From positions 3,296,001-3,360,000 of the forward strand of contig OZ253580.1 of NCBI GenBank assembly GCA_965263035.1: 64,000 nt of DNA, in the 5' to 3' direction. Numbering within the stretch: the stretch's first letter is position 1; every line of letters begins with the position of its first letter. Source of the stretch: Acidobacteriota bacterium (GTDB taxonomy: Bacteria; Acidobacteriota; UBA6911; RPQK01; JAJDTT01). The translations under genes were made by a program, and so were the position numbers. Under the pieces are notes generated by a model. It was not told the DNA's origin. It made no database searches and worked only from the letters and a program-made list of their open reading frames with translations. Of the stretch, positions 37,661 through 45,428 are shown in pieces.

Positions 37661-38076
37661 TGATCGATTACGAAAAGTTCCGGATGTCGCTCAAACGCCT
37701 GGAGGAGCAGCACGAGAATTACCGGACACTCGAGACGTCACTACCTGGTTTGATTCAGGAAGCCGTCGCCGAATCGGTCATTCAGCGTTTCGAGACCTGC
37801 TACGACTGTTTGTGGAAAGTACTGAAGCGATACCTGATTTATGAGCTGGGCATCGCGAGTGTACCCAACAGTCCCAAACCCATCTTCAGATTGGCGAATG
37901 AGAACAATCTCTTCGCCGTATCGATTGAAGTCTGGCTGCGTTATGCCGACGCTCGAGTCGATACCACTCACGACTACGATGGCGAGAAAGCGAAAGCGTG
38001 CCTGGCCATCATGCCCGACTTCATCGACGATGCTATCGGCCTTTACCAAACCATGAGCGGATCGGTATGGGAGTAG
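37660..38076 (+). CDS. Nucleotidyltransferase substrate-binding protein (HI0074-type HEPN)
   Basis: VIQRFETCYD..WK.LK, SPKPIFRLA, RxxxxH motif RVDTTHDY. Confidence 0.9.
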   Translation: MIDYEKFRMSLKRLEEQHENYRTLETSLPGLIQEAVAESVIQRFETCYDCLWKVLKRYLIYELGIASVPNSPKPIFRLANENNLFAVSIEVWLRYADARVDTTHDYDGEKAKACLAIMPDFIDDAIGLYQTMSGSVWE

Positions 38077-39692
38077 ATCCAGCCATCGACATCACCACTG
38101 AACAGCGAGAGACGATTCTCGCTTTGCTAGAAGAACACTTGCCGGATACGGCCGCGTGGATCTATGGCTCGCGCGTGAAGTGGACCTCGCGACCACAATC
38201 CGACCTTGACTTGGTAGTCTTTGCAACCCCAGAGCAGGGTGGCCGAGTTGGTGATCTCCGGGAAGCGTTTGAGGAAAGTAACCTATCGTTCCGTGTGGAT
38301 CTATTCGTTTGGGACGATGTGCCGGAGGCATTCAGGAAGCAAATTGAACTGTCGCATGTGGTGCTGGTAACCGGAAAACGTACGCGCTTCGGCAAAGGGG
38401 TTCCGTTTGGAGCGAACAAGTGGCAACGAGTCGACCTTAACGATGTCGTAGAAATCTTCGACGGACCCCATGCCACACCGAAAAAGACTCGTAGTGGGCC
38501 GGTCTTCCTCGGCATTGGCAACCTGAGTTCCGGTCGCATTGATTTAACAAAAACGGAACATCTCAACGAGGAAGACTACGTACAGTGGACGCGTCGGGTA
38601 ACTCCTAGTCCAGGTGACGTCGTTTTCTCCTATGAGACTCGAATTGGCGAGGCTGCACTCATTCCTGCTGGCCTTCGGTGTTGCCTTGGTCGTCGGATGG
38701 GGTTGCTTCGTCCGAAGGGCGATAAGGTAGATCCTCGTTTCCTTCTTTACGCGTATTTGGGCCCCGGATTTCAGGACATATTGCGATCTCGAACGATCCA
38801 TGGCAGTACGGTGAATCGGATTCCATTGACCGAGATGGGGAAATTCCCAATCGAGATCCCGGCAACCATTCGCGAACAACGTAGGATTGCCCAAGTCCTA
38901 GGCACGCTGGACGATAAGATAGAATTGAGCCGGCGTATAAACGAGACGCTGGAGACGATGGCGTGGGCTTTGTTCAAGTCCTGGTTCGTCGATTTCGATC
39001 CCGTCCGAGCCAAAATGGACGACCGGGACCCCGGTCTGCCTCAACATCTTGCCGACCTCTTCCCCAACCGGCTCGTAGAGTCTGAACTTGGCGAGATCCC
39101 GGAGGGGTGGGAAGTGAAGACGCTCCGGGAATGTACTCACCTTACGATGGGACAGTCTCCCCCGGGACGCACCTACAACGAACGTGGTGAAGGTCTACCA
39201 TTCTTCCAGGGCCGAACTGACTTTGGCTTTCGTTATCCTTCGAATCGAAGATTCTGTTCTGTTCCAACACGAATTGCTCAGCCCGGGGATACGCTGGTCA
39301 GTGTGCGCGCCCCGGTCGGCGATATCAACATGGCCTGGGACCGTTGTTGTATTGGACGGGGCGTTGCTGCCCTGCGCCACAAGTCAGGTACAGCGTCCTT
39401 CACCTACTATTCTGCGCGGAAGATTCAGGTAGCCCTCCAAGAATACGAGCATACAGGGACAGTGTTTGGGGCCATCAATAAGGGCCAGTTTGAAGCCCTA
39501 TTGGTCATTGAACCACACACCAGAATCATTGACGCATTCGATGCATATTCTGGCGCTATAGATGCGAAGATCAAGTCGAATACTCGCGAATCCCGAGTTC
39601 TTGTGGCCCTCCGCGACACATTGTTACCGAAGCTGATCTCGGCCACAATTCGGGTTCCGGAGTCTCACAAACAAACCGGTGCGTTTGTATGA
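38067..39692 (+). CDS. hsdS: Fusion: minimal nucleotidyltransferase (MNT) domain + type I RM specificity subunit HsdS
   Basis: N-terminal YGSR-x-SDLDL...VDLFVWD (MNT) continues in frame into TRD1, EQRRIAQVLGTLDDKIE, LFKSWFVDFDP, GEIPEGW, TRD2, LRDTLLPKLIS. Confidence 0.92.
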   Translation: MGVDPAIDITTEQRETILALLEEHLPDTAAWIYGSRVKWTSRPQSDLDLVVFATPEQGGRVGDLREAFEESNLSFRVDLFVWDDVPEAFRKQIELSHVVLVTGKRTRFGKGVPFGANKWQRVDLNDVVEIFDGPHATPKKTRSGPVFLGIGNLSSGRIDLTKTEHLNEEDYVQWTRRVTPSPGDVVFSYETRIGEAALIPAGLRCCLGRRMGLLRPKGDKVDPRFLLYAYLGPGFQDILRSRTIHGSTVNRIPLTEMGKFPIEIPATIREQRRIAQVLGTLDDKIELSRRINETLETMAWALFKSWFVDFDPVRAKMDDRDPGLPQHLADLFPNRLVESELGEIPEGWEVKTLRECTHLTMGQSPPGRTYNERGEGLPFFQGRTDFGFRYPSNRRFCSVPTRIAQPGDTLVSVRAPVGDINMAWDRCCIGRGVAALRHKSGTASFTYYSARKIQVALQEYEHTGTVFGAINKGQFEALLVIEPHTRIIDAFDAYSGAIDAKIKSNTRESRVLVALRDTLLPKLISATIRVPESHKQTGAFV

Positions 39693-39799
39693 GCAGCCCC
39701 CTCGCTGCCCTGAGGGACGTTTTGCTGCCAAAGCTGATGTCGGGCGAAATCCGCACCCTCGCCGCCAATAGACAGGCTGAGGCAATTGCACGAGCATAG
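39689..39799 (+). other. 36-aa mini-ORF duplicating the HsdS C-terminal conserved region
   Basis: ATG overlaps the hsdS stop (ATGA); translates MSSPLAALRDVLLPKLMSGEIRTLAANRQAEAIARA*. Confidence 0.7.
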
Positions 39800-39840
39800 T
39801 TACGGGCGTCGAGAAGCACCACCTCGAGGAAGTTGTAGCC

Positions 39841-40713
39841 ATGAGCGCCAGCAACCAGATAAAGGTCGGGGATGCGATTAGGCACCTTCTCTCGACGAGT
39901 AGAACCGATCCTTCGTACGAGCGCGAGAGCTACGCTGAGATGCGAGCTTTTCGCGATATCCATAAGCTGGCTTGCGAAGGGAACATCCGAATCTCTGGCC
40001 GTGCGTTCGGTGATGCTTATCCAAAGCTAATTTCCCCTGAAACGCTTCGCGGTTTGCAGCCCATCGATATCTGCGTTCCCCGCTCGTGTCGAGCCCCAGA
40101 AGGGCACGTTTTCGGATTAGGGCCAGTGAATCCTGACACCACTCGGGAACACTCCGACGGGGGCGGTGTCTACGAGGATCTGCTCGTACACAGCCAGGAC
40201 ATCTACGAGTATTGGCCTATGTTAGGCGACCACGAGGTCGAAGAAGACTTCCTGAACAAGGAATTCGAGATACCTAATGTTCAAAGATTGCCCGTCGAAT
40301 CCCGCGTAGCCAAGATTATTGAGAGCCGGTTGAATGAGGTGGGCGTTGTTTTGGCCAATCGCGCGTATCTTTCCGCCATTGTCCTGTGCGGGAGTGTTCT
40401 GGAGGGGGTTCTGCTCGGAGCGGCTAAAAAGGATCCAGAAAAATTCAACCGGTCTCCAGCCTCGCCAAAACGTGACGGCAAGGTGAAATCATTGCGCGAG
40501 TGGGGACTGGCAGATTTAATCAATGTCGCGTGCGACATCGGTGTGTTAAAGCCTGATGTGAAAGAGTTTAGCCACGGACTCCGTCATTTTAGAAATTATA
40601 TCCATCCATATGAGCAGATGGCCTCGAACTTCACACCTGACGAACACACGGTCAAAGTTTGCTTCCAGGTTCTCAAGGCCGCACTTGCAAGTGTAGCCGG
40701 GGAGCGACTATAG
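39841..40713 (+). CDS. Hypothetical cargo protein with C-terminal HEPN-like (DUF4145-like) domain between hsdS and hsdR
   Basis: AYLSAIVLCGSVLEGVL, W.LADLI, LRHFRNYIHP; low GC. Confidence 0.7.
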   Translation: MSASNQIKVGDAIRHLLSTSRTDPSYERESYAEMRAFRDIHKLACEGNIRISGRAFGDAYPKLISPETLRGLQPIDICVPRSCRAPEGHVFGLGPVNPDTTREHSDGGGVYEDLLVHSQDIYEYWPMLGDHEVEEDFLNKEFEIPNVQRLPVESRVAKIIESRLNEVGVVLANRAYLSAIVLCGSVLEGVLLGAAKKDPEKFNRSPASPKRDGKVKSLREWGLADLINVACDIGVLKPDVKEFSHGLRHFRNYIHPYEQMASNFTPDEHTVKVCFQVLKAALASVAGERL

Positions 40714-40802
40714 GCCATGTCTTAACGATTTGAATTAGAAATGCATCCGGAACTTACTCGTTCGTTCTTTCTGGACGAGTCCGAATAGATAATGAAGTCG
40801 CG

Positions 40803-43800
40803 ATGACCACAATCTCAGAATTCACCGTTGAGACCGCCACACTTGGTTGGCTTGAGACTCTCGGCTGGGACGTTGCTCACGGTCCCGACATCGCTCCGTA
40901 TACGGTGGGTTCCGAGCGCGACGACTACGGTGAGGTCGTGCTTCACCGAAGGCTGCGTGAGAACCTCGCGATCCTCAATCCTGACCTTCCTTTCGAGGCA
41001 CTGGAAGATGCATTTCGTAGGGTGACTCGGTCGGTGGGGCCGACGCTGGACATTCGCAACCGTGTCTACCACCGGATGGTAGTAGAGGGTGTGACGGTGG
41101 AATATCGTGCGGCTAACGGCGCGATCCGCGGGGCGCAGGTCCGTGTCATCGACTTCGAGAACCCTGACAGCAATGACTGGCTGGCTGTCAATCAGTTCAC
41201 CGTTACGGAAGACAAAAACACCCGTCGGCCGGACATCGTGCTGTTCGTCAACGGTCTGCCGTTGGGCGTGATTGAGCTCAAGAACCCGACGGACGAGGAC
41301 GCGACGATCTGGACTGCTTGGCAGCAACTCCAGACCTACAAGGCGGAACTGCCCGCCTTGTTCTCCATGAACGAGATTCTCATGGTCTCCGATGGGATCG
41401 AGGCCCGTATCGGATCTCTCACGGCCGGGCGGGAGTGGTTCAAGCCTTGGCGGACAATCTCTGGCGAATCCTTGGCCGACCCGCACATGACCGAGCTTCA
41501 GGTGATGCTGGAGGGCACCTGTACGCACCACCGCTTCCTCTCCCTGGTGCGTGACTTCATCGTGTTCGAGGACGACGGAAGCGGCGCTCTGGTCAAGAAG
41601 ATGGCCGGCTATCATCAGTTCCACGCGGTGCAGGTGGCCGTCACCGAAACCCTGCGTGCCACCCGATTGCAGCGCAAGGTAGACCGGATCGCCGAAGCCC
41701 GCGGCCGCTACGAGTCAGGCCGAAAACCCGGCGGCAAACTTGGGGACCGGCGCATCGGCGTGGTCTGGCACACTCAGGGCTCGGGCAAGAGCCTGACCAT
41801 GGCCTTCTATGCCGGGGCCATCATCCGCGAGCCGGCCATGGCGAACCCCACAATCGTCGTCTTGACCGATCGCAACGACCTGGACGACCAACTCTTCGGA
41901 ACCTTCTCCCGCTGCCATGACCTCTTGCGCCAGCCACCCGTGCAGGCTGAGAGCCGAACCGACCTGCGGCGGAGATTGTCCGTCGAGTCCGGAGGAGTCG
42001 TATTCACCACCATCCAGAAGTTCTTCCCCGAAGAGAAGAGGGACACCCACCCGACCCTCTCCCAGCGCCGCAACATCGTTGTGATCGCGGACGAGGCCCA
42101 TCGCAGCCAGTACGATTTCATCGACGGGTTCGCCCGCCACATGCGCGACGCGCTGCCCCGAGCGTCCTTCGTCGGATTCACCGGCACCCCTATCGAGCTT
42201 CAGGACGCCAACACCCGTGCGGTGTTCGGCGACTACATCAGCATCTACGACATCCAGCGCGCCGTGGCGGACGGGGCCACCGTCCCCATCTACTACGAGA
42301 GCCGACTCGCCAAGTTGTCCCTGGATGAGATCGAGCGGCCCCGCATCGACCCGGAGTTCGAGGAGGCCACAGAGGGTGAGGAGGTCCAGCGCAAGGAGAA
42401 GCTCAAGACCCGATGGGCGCAGCTGGAAGCCATCGTCGGGACGGAGAAACGGCTGGGTCTCATCGCCCAGGACATCGTAGACCACTTCGAAAAACGCCTG
42501 GAAGCCTTGACCGGCAAAGCCATGGTGGTGTGCATGAGCCGGCGGATCTGCGTCGAGCTCTATCGAGAGCTGGCACGCCTGCGCCCGGACTGGCATCACG
42601 ACGACGATCGCAAGGGACGCCTCAAGGTCGTGATGACCGGGTCCGCGTCCGATCCGCTCGACTGGCAACCGCACATTCGCAACAAACCCCGGCGCGAGGC
42701 GCTCGCCAACCGCTTCCGCGACGCTGGTGATGAACTGCAAATGGTCCTGGTTCGAGACATGTGGCTCACCGGCTTCGATGCACCGAGCCTGCACACCATG
42801 TATGTGGACAAGCCCATGCGGGGCCACGGCCTGATGCAGGCCATCGCCCGGGTCAACCGGGTGTTCAAGGACAAGCCGGGCGGTCTGGTCGTGGATTACC
42901 TGGGCCTCGCCCATGAGCTCAAGCGAGCCTTGGCCACCTACACCGAAAGCGGCGGCACCGGCGAGACGGCGCTCGATCAGTCGGAAGCGGTGGCCGTGAT
43001 GATGGAGAAGCACGAGGTCTGCTGCGGCCTGTTCCACGGCTTCGACCGGTCCAGGTGGATCGACGGCACTCCTCAGGAAAGGCTGGGACTGCTTCCTGCC
43101 GCACAGGAACACATACTTTCGTTGGAAAACGGCAAGGACCGATGTGTGAAGTCGGTGCGTGAGCTCTCTCAGGCCTTCGCCCTCGCCGTCCCGCATGAGG
43201 ACGCGATTCGGATCCGGGATGACGTGGCGTTCTTTCAAGCCGTGCAGTCTGTGCTGTCCAAGCGTTCTCCAGCCGAAATGCGGTCCCAGGAAGAGCTGGA
43301 CCACGCCGTGCGCCAGATCATTTCCCGTGCGGTGACCTCCGAGGGCGTGGTCGACATCTTCGCCGCCGCCGGTCTGGACAAGCCTGATATTTCCATCCTC
43401 TCCGATGAGTTCCTGGCCGAGGTGCGGGGGATGCCCCATCGCAACCTCGCCGTGGAGCTGCTTCAAAAGCTGCTCAAAGGGGAACTGGTCACCCGGCGCC
43501 GGAAGAACGTGGTCCAGGCGCGTTCGTTCGCCCAGATGCTGGAACAGACCCTGCGCCGGTACCAGAATCGGGCCATCGAGGCGGCACAGGTGATCGAGGA
43601 GTTGATCCAGTTGGCGCGGGAACTGCGCGAGGCGGACGCACGTGGAGAGGAGCTCGGGTTGTCGGAAGACGAGCTGGCTTTCTACGACGCCCTCGAGACC
43701 AACGACAGCGCGGTACAGGTCCTGGGCGACGAGACTCTGCGCACCATCGCCCGGGAGTTGGTCGAGACCGTCCGCAACAACGTCACCATCGACTGGACGC

Positions 43801-43943
43801 TACGCGAGAACGTACGGGCGCATCTGCGCGTCCTGGTCAAGCGCACGTTGCGCCGGTATGGCTATCCGCCCGACAAGCAGGAGAAAGCGACCCGGACCGT
43901 CCTGGAGCAGGCCGAGGTCCTGTCCGCTGGCTGGGCATCCTGA
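40803..43943 (+). CDS. hsdR: Type I restriction endonuclease subunit R
   Basis: [18 protein letters not shown] nuclease motif, [33 protein letters not shown]. Confidence 0.97.
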   Translation: MTTISEFTVETATLGWLETLGWDVAHGPDIAPYTVGSERDDYGEVVLHRRLRENLAILNPDLPFEALEDAFRRVTRSVGPTLDIRNRVYHRMVVEGVTVEYRAANGAIRGAQVRVIDFENPDSNDWLAVNQFTVTEDKNTRRPDIVLFVNGLPLGVIELKNPTDEDATIWTAWQQLQTYKAELPALFSMNEILMVSDGIEARIGSLTAGREWFKPWRTISGESLADPHMTELQVMLEGTCTHHRFLSLVRDFIVFEDDGSGALVKKMAGYHQFHAVQVAVTETLRATRLQRKVDRIAEARGRYESGRKPGGKLGDRRIGVVWHTQGSGKSLTMAFYAGAIIREPAMANPTIVVLTDRNDLDDQLFGTFSRCHDLLRQPPVQAESRTDLRRRLSVESGGVVFTTIQKFFPEEKRDTHPTLSQRRNIVVIADEAHRSQYDFIDGFARHMRDALPRASFVGFTGTPIELQDANTRAVFGDYISIYDIQRAVADGATVPIYYESRLAKLSLDEIERPRIDPEFEEATEGEEVQRKEKLKTRWAQLEAIVGTEKRLGLIAQDIVDHFEKRLEALTGKAMVVCMSRRICVELYRELARLRPDWHHDDDRKGRLKVVMTGSASDPLDWQPHIRNKPRREALANRFRDAGDELQMVLVRDMWLTGFDAPSLHTMYVDKPMRGHGLMQAIARVNRVFKDKPGGLVVDYLGLAHELKRALATYTESGGTGETALDQSEAVAVMMEKHEVCCGLFHGFDRSRWIDGTPQERLGLLPAAQEHILSLENGKDRCVKSVRELSQAFALAVPHEDAIRIRDDVAFFQAVQSVLSKRSPAEMRSQEELDHAVRQIISRAVTSEGVVDIFAAAGLDKPDISILSDEFLAEVRGMPHRNLAVELLQKLLKGELVTRRRKNVVQARSFAQMLEQTLRRYQNRAIEAAQVIEELIQLARELREADARGEELGLSEDELAFYDALETNDSAVQVLGDETLRTIARELVETVRNNVTIDWTLRENVRAHLRVLVKRTLRRYGYPPDKQEKATRTVLEQAEVLSAGWAS

Positions 43944-44030
43944 GCCGTTGCCGACGGTAGCCTGCCTCGAAAACGAACCAGGTTCGGCATTTGTGCTGCC
44001 CGTCGGCTGGCATGAGAAATCCACCACCGA

Positions 44031-44102
44031 TTGACAGTCACAGAGCATCTTTTCCATTTACTCAATACAAAGAGCAGAATTACTCATTGTGTTGAGTAAT
44101 TC
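44031..44102 (+). promoter_or_regulatory. TTGACA -35 and perfect 10-6-10 inverted repeat over the ATPase start
   Basis: TTGACA 44031-44036; GAATTACTCA-TTGTGT-TGAGTAATTC 44077-44102; extra half-site TTACTCA 44058-44064. Confidence 0.55.
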
Positions 44103-45297
44103 GGGATACACGCGGCCTCACACCACAGATTTGCACTCCCGTCTGCGCGAGCCGCGCCGTTTCCTCCAGATCGTCACCGGGGCTCGCCAGGTCCGCAAGA
44201 CGACCCTCGTCACGCAAGTCGCCGAACGGTGCGGATTGCCCCATCACTACGCCAGCGCCGACGAGCCGACCTTGCGCGGCCCGGATTGGATCGCCGGACA
44301 GTGGGACGCCGCGCGGCTCCTGGCTGGCGGCGCCGGCCCCGAGGGTGCTCTTCTCGTCTTGGACGAGGTCCAAAAGGTTCCCAACTGGACCGAGGCCGTC
44401 AAACGCCTGTGGGACGAAGACACGCGGCGAGGGCCCCGACTCAAGGTGGTGCTGACCAGTTCCGCGCCGCTTCTGATCGGCCGGGGCTCGACCGAAAGTC
44501 TCGCCGGGCGTTTCGAACTCCTGCACCTGCCGCACTGGGGATTCCCCGAAATGCAGACCGCCTTCGGATGGTCCCTGGACGAATTCCTGTTCTATGGCGC
44601 CTATCCCGGAGCGGCTCCGCTGATCACAGAGCCGAATCGCTGGTCACGCTACATCCGCGACTCGCTCATCGAAACCACCATCTCCCGAGATGTCCTGTTG
44701 CTCTCCCGGGTGGACAAACCGGCCCTGCTGCGCCGGCTGTTCAACTTGGGCTGTGCGTATTCAAGCCAGATCTTTTCCTACACGAGGATGCTGGGACAGC
44801 TCCAGGATGCCGGGAACACCACGACCCTGGCCCACTACCTCGATCTGCTGGCGGGTGCGGGAATGCTGACCGGTTTGCAGCAGTACGCCGGCGCTGCCGC
44901 CCGGCGACGTAGCTCCAGCCCGAAGCTGCAAGTCCTCAATACCGCCCTGATGACTTCCGGGTCCGGCCTCACCCTGGAGCAGGCCCGCACGGATCGTGAG
45001 TTCTGGGGACGTCTGGTCGAATCCGCGGTGGAAGCTCATCTGGCAAATGCGGCTGCTGCAGGCGCCTGTCAAATCTTCTACTGGCGGGACCGCAACCGGG
45101 AGGTCGATTTCGTCGTGAGCGTGGGACGGACGTTGACGGCGATTGAAGTCAAGAGCGGCCGCACTCAGCAGTCGCTGCCTGGAATGGCCGCGTTTGCCAA
45201 TGCATTTCAGCCAATCCGACGCTTGCTGATCGGATGGGACGCCATCGCCGTGGGCGAGTTCCTGTCCAAACTTGTGGAACACTGGGTGGGGCCCTGA
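44089..45297 (+). CDS. AAA_14 + DUF4143 ATP-binding protein (possibly decaying)
   Basis: GARQV(R)KTT, LDEVQK, ESLAGR, YGAYP, EVDF...IEVKSG PD-(D/E)xK tail. Confidence 0.85.
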   Translation: MLSNSGYTRPHTTDLHSRLREPRRFLQIVTGARQVRKTTLVTQVAERCGLPHHYASADEPTLRGPDWIAGQWDAARLLAGGAGPEGALLVLDEVQKVPNWTEAVKRLWDEDTRRGPRLKVVLTSSAPLLIGRGSTESLAGRFELLHLPHWGFPEMQTAFGWSLDEFLFYGAYPGAAPLITEPNRWSRYIRDSLIETTISRDVLLLSRVDKPALLRRLFNLGCAYSSQIFSYTRMLGQLQDAGNTTTLAHYLDLLAGAGMLTGLQQYAGAAARRRSSSPKLQVLNTALMTSGSGLTLEQARTDREFWGRLVESAVEAHLANAAAAGACQIFYWRDRNREVDFVVSVGRTLTAIEVKSGRTQQSLPGMAAFANAFQPIRRLLIGWDAIAVGEFLSKLVEHWVGP

Positions 45298-45428
45298 AAC
45301 GCATCGCGGAATCCATGGCCGAAAGAGCGCCGCTATTGATAGCGGTAGATTCGGTAAAGGGTCGAATACAACCGCACAGGCAAGCTGATGCTCGGTTGGA
45401 CCAGGATCGCCCATTCTTCAACTCCACC

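Noticed and set aside
37998-39799. Invertible hsdS shufflon
   Set aside because: No inverted silent TRD copies or recombinase; only a direct-orientation tail remnant.
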